Part shown: piece after piece, positions 43,678 to 56,312 of the stretch
Layout of the letters: every line of letters begins with the position of its first letter
How positions within the stretch are numbered: position 1 is the first letter of the stretch
From: Eledone cirrhosa
Taxonomy: Eukaryota
Length of the DNA stretch: 64,000 bases
Direction: 5' to 3'
Assembly: GCA_964016885.1 (NCBI GenBank)
Contig: OZ024743.1
Location: 267,406,001-267,470,000, forward strand
The notes under the pieces: model-generated
Databases searched by the model: none
What the model saw: only the letters and a program-made list of their open reading frames with translations
What the model was told of the DNA's origin: nothing
Translations under genes and position numbers: made by a program

Positions 43678-43964
43678 TGTGTGTATTTGTTTATTTTTAC
43701 GTTGTTTGTATTTATATTTTATTATCACCCAAACACACAGACACACTCACCCTATGTTGTCAACACGTTCCTTTATGGCTTTATTTATATTTTTATTTTT
43801 ATTTTTTTATATACTTTTGGAATTGTTTTTACCATTTAATTAATATCATTGTATATATATATATATTTATTTTTTAACAAAACTGCCCCGTATTATAAGA
43901 CCCTCAATAACAGCGGCTTCACTGAACAAATTAAATATTTACCTACTCCTATTTCTAACACTAA

Positions 43965-44330
43965 ACACAATAACAGGAAAAGAAAAAAAATAATTGGTTT
44001 ACACCTCCCTTCTCTCTAACTGTTAAAACTAACGTAGGAAGAAAATCACTCGACCTTCTAGGCAAACATTTCCCCCCTAATCATAGGTATAATAAGATAT
44101 TTAATAGAAATTTAGTTAAAATCAGATACTCTTGCTGTCCATCAATGAAAACTAAAATTACCAACACAAATGGTACTAGAGTAAATCGAGGATGCAGCTG
44201 CAAGAAACCGGAAGAATTGCCATTAAAGGGCAAATGTAATACCAAATCCATTGTGTAAGAGGCCAAATTGACACCAATGATTAATAACCACCGAGCCAGA
44301 AGTGAGCGATATGTTGGCATGACTCAGGAC
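43965..44330 (+). mobile_element. PLE fragment (linker and start of GIY-YIG)
   Basis: TPPFSLTVKTNVGRKSLDLLGKHFPPNHRYNKIFNRNLVKIRYSC..GCSCKKPEELPLKGKC..IV*...YVGMTQD. Confidence 0.8.
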
Positions 44331-44331
44331 A

Positions 44332-44658
44332 GAAAAGAATGGGTATGCGTGTAAAGACGCTGCTTGAATCTATTGGCGGTTAACCCTATGTAGGCCCTAC
44401 GGGACGTGGGTGTTACAACCTTACATTTGTAGACAATGTTACAAGAGAGGCATTTCCCGGATAGGGGGCAATCAACCCGATTCCTACAATTACAGTAGTA
44501 CTAACTACAGTGTTGCACGTGTTCCTACGGCTAGGTAGTTTAGCTAAATTTGAAGCTGTGATGTTATGTGCAAGGTTAGGAGTCGTAGAGTAAGAAATTT
44601 TAATAGTATTTCTATTAAAAATTTTACTATATTTATGTGTAGGGGAAAATGCTTGGTA
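44332..44658 (-). mobile_element. Inverted 5' segment of the adjacent PLE
   Basis: Reverse complement encodes HKYSKIFNRNTIKISYSTTPNL and CNCRNRVDCPLSGKCLSCNIVYKCKV..AYIGLTANRFKQRLYTH. Confidence 0.85.
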
Positions 44659-44659
44659 G

Positions 44660-46080
44660 GGGGAAAATGCTTCTGTAACATTGTCTACAAATGTAAGGTT
44701 GTAACACCCACGTCCCGTAGGGCCTACATAGTGTTAACCGTCAATAGATTCAAGCAGCGTCTTTACGCGCATACCCATTCTTTTCGTTACCCTCTAAGAA
44801 GGAATATGACGTCACTTTCAGCTTATTTCTGGAGTCTAAAAGACAACCACACCCAATATAAGTTACACTGGGAGATTCTAGCTAGGGCTAGATCGTATAA
44901 CGGAAATAAAAGACCATGTGACCTCTGCGCCGCTGAGGCCCTGGAAATACTCTACGCCACGGACCACATCTTAAACAAAAAATCTGAGGCAATTTCGGCT
45001 TGTAAACATAAATTGCACAAAACTTTCCTGTATTACAGCCCCACGTTATACCCTAACGGATAGTACGATCTATACGTGGCTATTTTACGTTTTGATGTGG
45101 GAGCTAAGTATATGTTTTGTTTATACCATTACTTATTTGCATAGGTAAGTATATATTACCCGTATGTTTCGTGAAGGTACGTATACCTTCTCGTACGTAT
45201 ATTTGATTGTTTATGTTATGGCGTATAATTTTTTTATTTTTTTTATTCTGGTACATATGGTTTGGCTATGTGTATAAGGGAATGTTGCGTCTGTGTGAGT
45301 ATGCAGGTTCGTACGTATGTAGGGTGTGTGTATATGTGTATTTCATGTTTTGGTTGACTTACGTCTCCGAACATTCGTGTATTTACAGGTAGGTATGTGT
45401 GTGCGCTTGTTATATACGTATTTATTTATTTATATACGTTTATTTAATTATTTATTTATTTGTATACACGCATACACACACACACATATTTATATGTGCG
45501 TGGTTTTGTATACCTATGGTAAGTGTTTTGCGTATGCTTGTGTATGTACGTATTTGTTTGCGGGTATGTATTTATTTATTTCTATTACTTCTGTATTATA
45601 TTTATTTACTTTGTTCTTAACTCTGTAGCGGAGATTCATTCGGTCTCCTAGTTAGAATTTTAGTCTACGACTTCTGCTATGCCATTTACGTGGTTTTGTC
45701 TTTGCGTGCTATTGTTCTCCACGCTCCACATATGACGTATTATCTTCGTTTTTTTCGTTCATTGCCAGAGAACCTCTCTATGAACCACCTAAGTGAACAT
45801 TAGTCTACGACCACTTTTATACCATAAACGTGGTTCTGTCTTTAGCGTAATTGTTTTTCACCGCTCCTATTAATGACGTATCTTATTCGTTTTTTCCCTT
45901 TCTTTGCCAGCGAACGTTTCCACGAACCAAAGTATCGTCTTCCTGTCTTCCTCCGGTTGCAACGTTTTTTTAAATATCCACTTCTGCGTTTACAGATTGA
46001 CTTTGTTAGTTTCAGAAGATCCCGTTAAGGGTGAAAGCAGCGATTCTTTGCTTAAACTTTAATCTGTTATTTTAATAAAT
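44660..46080 (+). mobile_element. PLE 3' portion: GIY-YIG endonuclease remnant (to 45063) plus 3' UTR/pLTR
   Basis: NIVYKC..AYIVLTVNRFKQRLYAH..SF..TSLSAYFWSLK..WEIL..CDLCAAE..LNKKSEAISACKH. A degenerate hammerhead-like cAgaaga-tccc-gttaa-gggt-gaaa lies at ~46013-46036; the element ends at (TA)n. Confidence 0.85.
45660..45930 (+). repeat. Two diverged ~140-bp direct repeats in the PLE 3' region
   Basis: tagtctacgac...acgtggtt.tgtcttt...atgacgtat...ttgccag.gaac at ~45661 and ~45801. Confidence 0.75.
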
Positions 46081-46128
46081 ATATATATATATATATATAT
46101 ATAAGAGCAAGTAATGTATGCATTTGTT

Positions 46129-46172
<44 letters not shown>

Positions 46173-46181
46173 CAAATAAAG

Positions 46182-46392
46182 ATTCGGCGGGCAGGAAAAG
46201 CGACGCGAAACGCAAAGATCAGAAACGATACTGGCAAAGTGCTCAATAGTTAAAAACCAGAGCTAAACAATGTGTTAAGAAGCCATACAAAACTGAAAAG
46301 GTGGTCAAGAAAGCATTAACCACCCAAGCCAAAAACCAAATCAGGCTAAACAGGTCAAAACAAAATAAATGATAAAAAATAAGTGATAACAT
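46182..46392. mobile_element. Dispersed repeat; inverted paralogue at ~61640-61860
   Basis: Both copies give the same spurious peptide [37 protein letters not shown] on opposite strands, and both abut (TA)n. Confidence 0.8.
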
Positions 46393-47455
46393 ATATATAT
46401 ATATATATGTATAAATATATCTCCTCCCCCTCTCTCTCTCTCTCATTTTCTCTCTCTCTCTATATATATATATATATGTGTGTATGTGTATGTATATATA
46501 TATAGATATATATGTACATATATATTTATATATGTGTGTGTGTATGTATATATACATATATATATATACATGCATACAATATCAAAACATATATATATAT
46601 ATATATATATACATGCATACAATATCAAAACATATATATATTATATATATATATTTATATATATATATATAACAAGATAATTCGATTGAGATATGTATAG
46701 TTGACTTTATAGTAAAATACATACAAACAAAAGTCTGCGTTATATGGTATGTAGGCGTTCTTAACAAATGTCTTAGAATGCGTATGAACATAGATTTGAT
46801 TTGGAATCTGGTTCAAATACACTATACAGGCGTGCATGTATATATATGTATATATGTAACAACCATATATATGCTTGTGCGTGTATGTTAGCGTGACTCT
46901 GTGTGTGACTAAAGTGTGTTCGCTTCGTATTATAGGTAAACGTAATTGCGTACCACTCTATACTTTTGAGTCTATGCATCTGTACATATTTTAAGCAAAA
47001 TGTTTGATGCAGTGTGTGTGCGTGTGTGCGTTTGTGTTTGTGTGTGTGTGTGTTTGTGTGTGTAAATTTAACTCGGCGCAGGCTGTTTAACCAGCCGTAA
47101 CTGACATTTGTTAACGCCTTGTTACAGGATCGTTAAGTTACCTGGCAACATCTTTTTGGCAAACCCAAAATATGACAGAGTTAAGAGCCCAATGAAAGGT
47201 CAGCAGTTAATATTGGTGAAAGATTCCAATACCCCAGCTTCAAACACACTCGGACTCTGAATTTATTATAAAACTGAACAAGGTGATGTGAACAATAGCC
47301 AGAGGGTGGACTATGGTCAACGAACATAGCTATATTATCTATTGGTGATATGTTATTTCAGAGCAAGTAATGTAAGTATTTGCTTATGTTTCAAAGAGGT
47401 TTTGTTTGTGTCCCTCTCTCTCTTCCCCTCCTCCTCAAATCCCCATTTCACTCTC

Positions 47456-47520
<65 letters not shown>

Positions 47521-47606
47521 CGAAGGAGGTGTGGTAAGGAACCAGATGGACCATAACGCACCAGAGTATTCAATACTTAGGGTAGTAGAGTGATAATAGG
47601 AAAATA

Positions 47607-47702
47607 TTTGACCCCGACGGCAGAGCTCAACCCGTTTCGACGGCTATTTCTAGACTCAGAAATAGCCGTCGAAACTGCTTCAGCTCTGCCGTCGGGGTCA
47701 AA
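47607..47702. repeat. ~45-bp-arm GC-rich hairpin
   Basis: tttgaccccgacggcagagct...tttcgacggctatttct-agactc-agaaatagccgtcgaaa...agctctgccgtcggggtcaaa. Confidence 0.85.
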
Positions 47703-48064
47703 CATTTCCCTATATAATATATATATAATCATATATCCCTCTATTGCAATCTCTCTTCCCTCGTCTTTCCCCCCGTCTTTCTCACTACCCTCTCTCTTCG
47801 CTCTCTCAGACATCCCCCCTCTCCCTCCATTTACCTATCAATCTATCTGAATAACTCTCTCTCTCTCTCTCTCTCTCTTTATTTTCTGTGATATCAATAT
47901 TTACAGTTACCCCGACCCCCATCATAATGTGTATATGTTTCCATCTCGAATCTGGAATTTATTCATATTAGAATGTTTATACATGTAACAATTTGGGGGC
48001 CGAACAAGCCTTCGTTGTGGGTCTCTTGCTGAACATTTCATCAGTACCTTCCGATAGCGGCAAT

Positions 48065-48235
48065 TAATAATGGTTTCAGATTTAGGCACGAGGCCAGCAA
48101 ATTTGGGAGATGGGAAAGTCGATTAAATCAACCCTAGTGCGTGAGTGGTTCTTTGTTTTATCAACCCCATAAGGATGAAAGGCAAAGCTAACTTTGGCGA
48201 GATTTGAACTCAGTATGTAAAGGGAATAGCAGCAA
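48065..48235 (-). mobile_element. tRNA-derived SINE
   Basis: ttaggcacgaggccagcaaattt tail and aggatgaaaggcaaagctaactttggcgagatttgaactcag core. Confidence 0.8.
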
Positions 48236-48257
48236 ATAATAATAAAAATAATAATGG

Positions 48258-50760
48258 TTTCTTTATTAACCACACAGGGCTTACATTAAGAGGGCAATAA
48301 AGATAGTACAGGACGGTACTGTGGGTTTTTGTGAAAAAGAAAGTTTTATAACAAGACTAAAAACATAAGTATTTAAAACAATCAAACGTAAGAAATTCCC
48401 TAAACGTGGAATCCCACCGAGGGTCACTATTGGAAAAATCCCATGTGGTCAACTTCCATTCACCAGGTCCCTGTCTAAGCAGCCTATCTAAGTCGGTTGT
48501 ACAAATCACACATTTGTGGCTCATGAAGTCGACTACTTTGAATTGTGGACATCCTATGATAGCCTTACCTACTTCCCTACAGAAGACACTACTAGTTACT
48601 ATCTGGATTACCCGTTTCACCATGTCCACATTGGCACCTTTGGGAAATCCTATCGGTACGTGGCATGCTGTTGGAACTGCTTGTGCAGGTTTGCGAGGCT
48701 TTTACTCTTCATCAACTATCTGTTAGTCCCACACTGTTCCAGCGTGCATCGAAGATACCATTGAAGTTGCTCACAAACAGTAAGGAATAACACGTACCTA
48801 GAAAGTTCTCCATGAGCTTGAATAAATCAGGCCATCCTGCCCTTTTTTGGGCCAAAATCGGCCACTAGAGAACAAGCATGATCGTCAATGCTGGCCACGT
48901 CCAGCACCACCAGCTTACCCTCTAGTTGAAGGGAGATGGTCCATATCTTGAGATCCAAACCTTTCTGCAAAAACACCCTGACTCAACTCCAAGATACCGG
49001 ACGGCTATGAGATGTGTAAATCTTATAGACATCGAAAGTGGGTGCGAAGGCTCGTGCCTCGAACGTTTAGGATTCACTGATGGTCACCACATCTATATTC
49101 AGTGATCTGAGGTCTTTGAGCACGTGGCCCTACCTCCAAAACGACCCCAGGCCAAAATTATTGATACTGCCAATCTAAAGGAAAACCATATTAAAGAAGA
49201 GGGAAATTAAGAAAGTGTTACTGACTCTGTTCGTTTGAGGAGACATTTCTGCAAGGATATCGGAGTATATCCAGTTTGATAATCCGGTGCGGAATGTCCC
49301 TATTGCATTGGGGAGTTTACTTTTTAAAATATGGTATGATTCGTGTCTGATGTGTATGATATGTATGTATGTGGTCAGTGAAATAATTTAGGAGATTATG
49401 CAATCAGTTTCTGTAATTATGGAGTTGTGCTTTAAGTGGTGTATGAGTTTCTGCATTTTTTTTTTCTTTTGTATTCATGGCTCGGAAGTTCGTGCGCCTC
49501 GTTTTATTTCTATGGGTATTCGTTTGTTGTTGCAGATGAGGGTTTGGTTGTGTTTGGGACGTTGTTGGTGTTAGTAGTGTTGATGCTCGTAGTGATGATG
49601 GTGCTGCTGGTTTGTGTGGATTTTGAGATTTTTGCCTCAATTCTTTAGTACCCACCCCTCCGCCAGGTTTCGCCCACTTTTTTAAGGCGAAGGCAGAAAT
49701 GTTTTCTTTTTTTTCTAGTGGCAGACGATTTGCTACTACTTACCCTCCTTAAAATCTGTATCTATATGTGTGACGTCAGAAGAGCATGTCTTCCACGGGC
49801 GTTGTAGTGTTATTGTTAGTTATAGTACTGCTTCTTCTGCTGCAGTAATCATCTCAGTTATTGTAGAATTTGGCGCTGCAGGGCTTGTTGGATTTCAGCT
49901 GATGGCACTATACTTATTAGTACTGCTGCAGTTGTGGTATATTGTCGATGTTGTTGCTTTTGTTGAGGCCGCAGTATTGGTAGAAGCGAATAATTCAGAT
50001 TTCCTGCTATTTGCGGGCAGGAATAATTTTTGTTTTCTAGTGTTACTAGAAATATTTCTTTTTGACTTGTGTTTACGATGTCCGAGAACGTTTTTGAACT
50101 TATTTTGTTGTTGGTATAATATTACCTTCATCGGTTTTCTTGTTGGTGCTGTTGTTTTTGTCACTGCTGTCGTTGTTGTTGATATTCATGCTTGTGTTGG
50201 TGATGTTTTTGTTGTTTATGGTGTTGCTATTTATTATATTAATGGTTTTTGATATTGTGATCATGCAATTGGCACTAGTGTCGAAATTACTGTTGTTGTT
50301 GTTGGTGTTGTCGCTGTTTCTCGCCTCGGCACCGTTAGATTGTCGAATATTGGTGGCGACAACGTTCTCAACAGTGGGTGTTATTTAACGATATCAAGGA
50401 AGTAGAGACTGAAAAAGAGGAAGAAGATTTTGACACCATGTTAATTTTATTGTTTGAATTTGTCAGACCAAATGTTTTTCTAATTTCTGCCATAAAAAGC
50501 AGAAACAAATAACTTTGACCGACCTCCGAAAAGGGAAATGGTTGCCTTAAGTCACAAACCACAAACTTGTGTCTTTTTAGAATTCAAACATGATTTGAAA
50601 ACAAGTAAATCGTGGCCTACCTTCGGAGAGAGGTTAAAACACAACATAGCTTCATCACCCTTTCTGTTAAACTTAACTTGCCATGAGTATTATCAGCTGA
50701 AGCTACTTCAAAGGAAGAGGTGACGTAAATCTATTCATATACTGATGTTGTTAAGCTTGA
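48258..50760 (-). mobile_element. L1/Tx1-derived element with ORF1 remnants and AP-endonuclease but no RT
   Basis: Reverse complement encodes LKDLRSLNIDVVTISE, EGKLVVLDV and CPQFKVVDFMSHKCVIC..RQGPGEWKL, then runs directly into the ccctgtgtggttaataaagaaa tail. The 5' boundary is approximate. Confidence 0.7.
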
Positions 50761-51029
50761 CATGGTCAAAAAACTAGCAGTAGGAATAAAACAATACAAA
50801 CAAAATTCAAATAGACACCATCATACACAACAAGAACAAAACGCTATAAAAAATCCCCAGTGCTAGCAGCTGCAATCACATCCACCCACTACGAAAGTAC
50901 CATCAAAACTAGCAGAAAAGCATTTAAAAAAGTAACAATTTAGAAAAGAACACTTACATTTATCCTACTACAAGCAGCACCACTACCTGAAATAATAATA
51001 ATATTGGTCTACTTATTGGCCACTAGGGC

Positions 51030-53650
51030 CGGGGGCTAGCTATAAATAAATCGCTTTACACAGAGCGCCGGACAATTTTAGGTGGACCTCTGCACCCACA
51101 ATAATACCTTATAGGAAGAAGAACATGTAAAATAATACTCCAAATCGCTTGTATTATGGTTAATCAGGAGGCGTGTCTCTTACAAAAGGGCCTGTCTGAG
51201 GTCGAAATGTCATCTCCTGGGACAAACTGTACGAACCTGGATGGTCACTTGAACGGCGACTGCCCCAACACAAGCCCTCCAAATTCAACACCGAAACCAC
51301 TAGAAAAAGAAAAATGTGAACGGACCAAATGGACCCGGGAAAAGTATAAATAAGTAATATACGCTTATTACTATGCAATATGTAAGTCATCACAAGGGAG
51401 ACAGAGCGCTAATGTTTAAATATATGGAGAATACGAAGTCAAGATATCAGACCTTGTTTGGAGGAAAATAGATTAGCAAATGTTAGGAGGGATATCTTCA
51501 GAAATAATCGACTCACAGATACGAAATTAATTACAATCACACACGCAGTGGAAAATGAACTAAATATAAGACAGGAAGGAAATGAAGAATCAGCCAACCA
51601 CAGGGCGTAATTAAATGGTTGTCATCTGACCAAATCAGGCAAAGTACTGAAGAAGCAAGAAAAATTAATGAAAATGATAATAAAAAAAAAAAGCAGGGAA
51701 GTGGGTTAGAAACAAAATTTGAAGACCGTGTATTTGTTGCAGAACACAGAATGTATGCTTGAAGTGAAGTAGAACATTCTGAATGAGTTAGCTTTTGTCA
51801 GACGTACAAGTAGGAATCATAGAAAACCACTTTAAAAAAAAACTCTCAAATAGAAACCAAAATAAAAATAAATCATAGACAGTATTAACTATGCAACAAA
51901 CGAAATCATACATAAAACCAGATCTTACTGAGTTAAATGTAATTATTTGTGCATCTGCTAGAAAAAAGATGTATGGCTAAAATAAATCCTATGAAGAAAG
52001 CCACAATGAAGGGGTAAAATTGAAAATGATATTGAATTAATGAGAACGGAAATATCAATATTAAATTAACTATTCTCTGGAAATATTGTAAGATCCAGAA
52101 AAGGAAGAAAGTTGAAGAGAAAATACAGATTTTCCTCAAGAGAAGAGCTGGTACCAACAAACGAAATACTAAAACAAAATGTCCAACTAAAAGCTCAACG
52201 AATACGAATATTTGAGAAGAGAAACAATTCATGCAAGCAAAATAAATTATTTAGATCCAATGCCAAACCATTTTAAAGACAAATAGGGACCTCCTTTCTA
52301 TGAAATAAATTTAAAACTTTTGGAGAAAGATATGGAGCGTTGATAAGACATACAATGAAAATTTAAATTCGATTAGAAGAATAGAAGTATCCTTCACACA
52401 TTTGCAAGTACAAGCATGAGAAAAGATCTGAATACCAGACCAAAGTGGAAATCTCCTGATCAAATTTCTGTCTTTCATCACCCTCGTGCGTACACAAAAT
52501 GTGAGATCTACTATTCAATGAAATTATTAAAGATCCTCAAAAACACCTGATTGAATAACAAGCGTAATGTTTTACATTACTACAAAAGAATCTCGAAGCC
52601 CAATATGAATAAACTATCAACCATAATCTGTTTATCCACAACCTATAAGATTTTAACATCTATTCTCATGAAGAAAACATATGCATTATGGAAAAGAACA
52701 ATTTTTTTCGTATTGAACAAAAAGGGTGCCGACGAGATTCATATAAATGTAAAGATCAACTTTTGATTAATCATATGATTCGAGAGAGAAATCTAAAACC
52801 GGCATGAACTAATTACGTAAAGGCTTTTGGCATTATACCACAATGATGGGTTTTGAAATCGCTAGACACTTTCAACATTTCTCCTTTTAATTTCAATATT
52901 TCTGAAATATGATGTCATTGTGGAACACGAATCTCTAATCAGGATGAAGTTTTGGCTTGATAAGTGTGCCAAGTCAGGATAATGAAGTTGCTAAACTCAA
53001 ATTCAGTCGAACTGAATGTTGAAAGAGTTATAAAAGAACTTAAGTAGGAACAAACCTTTAAATGCGTAGTTATAATTGAAAGCTTCGTCATTCACCATGC
53101 AATCAGGAAATAGATGAGAAAGGATTGTTAAAGTAAATTAAGAGTAGTCGTGAATTCTGAGCTAAATGCACATCACAAAATATTAGCTATACATTCCTTA
53201 GCAGTTCCATTTATAGACTCTATATTTTGAACTTGAATAACAGTGAAATTAGAGAATTGACTCAAACATTCGTAAGCGTCTGATCTGTAATAAAATGCAC
53301 CCCCCAAACGCAGTTATAGATTATCTTGATCATCCCCGAACTCAAGGAGACAGAAGTTTCGCCTAGTTTGAACTGTCTTGCATAACCACCAAAATTGGAC
53401 TGGCCAAATACTTTAGAGCAACAAATGCCTGGGTGTTGTAACTCATTGAAAAACTTCAGGAAAGTAAGAAGCTGTTTTTGATCTAAAAAGATAGCAACAT
53501 TTTGCTACTGATCATATGACTAATATCCAAATTGGACAGACTAAAGGAAATGCAGCGTTTATTGTTGCAAAGCAAGTAAAATTAATAACTAAGAAAACAA
53601 AAGGACATGAGCAAGTGACATCGCGGTGGAAGCAGAAACCTCTGCATTCG
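51030..53650 (+). mobile_element. Decayed R4/Dong-like RLE non-LTR retrotransposon
   Basis: RTKWTREKYK*VIYAYY, KWKSP, IICLSTTYKILTSIL, EQKGCRRDSYKCKDQLLIN, GMKF.LDKCAK and WKQKPLH, with many stops. Confidence 0.8.
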
Positions 53651-54859
53651 AATAATTGCGTATAATATCAGTTTAGATTTTACGTAATTATATATTTATT
53701 TACATTTTTCCTTCAATGCTTGAAGAATCCTCAATCCTTATATTGCTTTTAGGCCTATGCATCTGCGCTGGTTAAGTGTAGGTAGGACGGGGTAAAATTT
53801 GAACTTAGAATGGAAATGGCTGGACAGATACCGCAACGAGTCTCATTCAATGCTCTAACAATTCGGTTCATTCACTACCTGAAGCCTAAAATTATTTATC
53901 TTCCTCCAAAACATAAAAGGTAATGTCTGCTTCGGATGGATTTGAACTCAGAGTGCAGGAACCATATTGAACAGTTCGATTTGCACACTAAAATCTCGGT
54001 CAGATAACCTCCAAATTTAAATATTTATTTAGATTTACACGATAATGACTATGTTCCCATTTAATTATAATTATATAACTAAGTATTAAGTTAATCTACG
54101 ATGTTATTATAGTTATTTAGTCACTTATATTTTATCATGAAAATATATTTAAATTTAGACACAATCAGAATAGCTTTTTATTGAATGTATTTAATTACCC
54201 CCCCCCCCCCCCCATTATAATAAATATATGCAAATTATCGTAATAACAGTGGACACGTTCATTCTACATTATAATAATTATACACTGACTCAATCGAACT
54301 ACACAAAATCATGTGACTAGTGTTTCTGTTCTCTGTTAGGTTAAGGTGAGAGTGTGGAAGTAGGAAACTGTTGTAAGGAAAATACAGAATGTATGACAGA
54401 CAATAGGTATATAGATGGAAGAATGGTTTGTTTATCTGTTACACTTGATTGGATTAGCAAACATGGACTAGATGATGGGGAAAATGTATTAGAACGTGGT
54501 TCGAAGTTAGAGGTGTAACAACCAGAGTCATATAAATCCCTCTCTATCTGCACATTGCAAGGCCGAAATATAACTATAAAGTAAATTATGTAATTCCTTA
54601 GGAATATATATATATATAAAACCATAATTTTTAAACGCCGTATTATAGACACAAGCAAATTTACTCCAATACTCCGCTTGTCATTGGCACAATGACATAT
54701 ATTCCATACACATAAATGCACCAGGAACTACCATGTATATTGCATGACAGTCATCCCTAAAAATTAAAAACAAAACTAACCGTGCTCTTCAGAATTATGC
54801 TCCTCAAAACATCAACACAAATCTCCAAAGTGGTTTGATATTCTAGAGTCTAACTGCTG

Positions 54860-55125
54860 TCTCTAGCACGGAAGCTCGTTAGGCCAGTCCTTATCTCGGT
54901 TCTCTTGATGTTAAGTGATTCAGAATTTAAAAAAAAAGTCACTCTGGACACGACGCCTGTCTATCGCAGGTTTAAACTCCCCAATTCTGCAGGGGAGCAT
55001 TTTGAGCTAAGTTTACTGGAGGAATGAAATGTTTTAAAACATCTCAGAACGCAGTCGAGGGACCGAACACGCAACATTTTGATCGTAAGTCCAACACTCT
55101 AACCTCTAGGTCAAGTGCCTTCACC
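54860..55125 (-). mobile_element. tRNA-derived SINE of a second family
   Basis: Reverse-complement head has A-box-like tgacctagaggttagag and B-box-like gttcggtccc. The central cctgcgatagacaggcgtcgtgtccag resembles the V-SINE domain as I recall it. Confidence 0.6.
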
Positions 55126-55563
55126 GTTCACTATTGCTGACAAAAACTTATGTGATACTCTTAAATTTCTTAATTTACTAATATATTTCACATTTATAAT
55201 GAGGGCTATGGGCCGTAACCAAGTACATGTCTTAAATAAAGAGATAACTAGTGTGATTGAAGTGAATTGTTTTTAAGTGTCTTGTCATTGAGGAAAGCAT
55301 CTAATCTCATTGTTTAATTAGAAGTTCTACTTTGACACACAGAGACATCTAATATAATGTTAAATGTACGAGTATGCCAGGAAGTAACACAGATATGATG
55401 GATTTACTGTTACCATTGCATATAGCAAAACATAAACAAAAATACTTAGATACATAAAGATAATCTAATAATAGTATCTATTGAAATTTGTAGTCAATAG
55501 TTCTGATGTAGGATTCTAAAGTCGGTTAACATTGTATACCAACTGACGTAGTCCATGTTTCTG

Positions 55564-55602
<39 letters not shown>

Positions 55603-55719
55603 CATCTATCTATCTATCTATATGTCTGTCTCTGTATGTCTGCCTGTCTGTATGTCTGTCTGTCTCTTCGTCCGACCGTCTACTTGTTTATCTATCTGCC
55701 TATTTCTCTCTCTCTCTCG

Positions 55720-55755
<36 letters not shown>

Positions 55756-56242
55756 GGAAAGAGAGAGATGTATGTATGCTTGTTGTTGTGTTTGGGTGTA
55801 TGTATGTATGTATGTATGAATACATGTATAAACAGACTGTCGTACATAGGGCGTAAATAAAGACAACATCCATTTGCGATAACGTTGTGGGTGTAATATA
55901 TTTCTTTTAAGAAACCTTTACACTGTAATTTCTATTTCTGCTTTTCTACAAACAGAACATTTCCTGTCATAACAACCTGCCAAATGAAAAGGGAAATGAG
56001 AAAAGAGAAAGAGGGAAAATACAAATGTGAAAGTAAGAGAGAAAAGATGGATAGAGATAAAGATGATAGATTTTAGGACAGTGTGGGTTTGAAACAAGTG
56101 AGAGAGGGGATAAATAAAGAGATAGATAGAGAGATTGATAGATGGATAGATGGATAGATAGGTAGATAGATAGAGAGGGAGAGAGAGAGAGATATAGAGA
56201 GAGAGAGTGAAAGAGAAAGATATACAGGGGGTGTGAGAGAGC

Positions 56243-56312
<70 letters not shown>

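Larger units (their letters stand above)
33937..43831. repeat. Tandem array of 3 near-identical ~3.27-kb units plus 85 bp
   Basis: Unit starts (tcaccctatgttgtc) at 33937, 37209, 40475 and 43747. The ORF track repeats identically; units differ in (TA)n length and a few SNPs. Confidence 0.97.

Noticed and set aside
47128-47283. 156-bp AG...GT-bounded candidate coding exon
   Set aside because: Stop codons in all three plus-strand frames.
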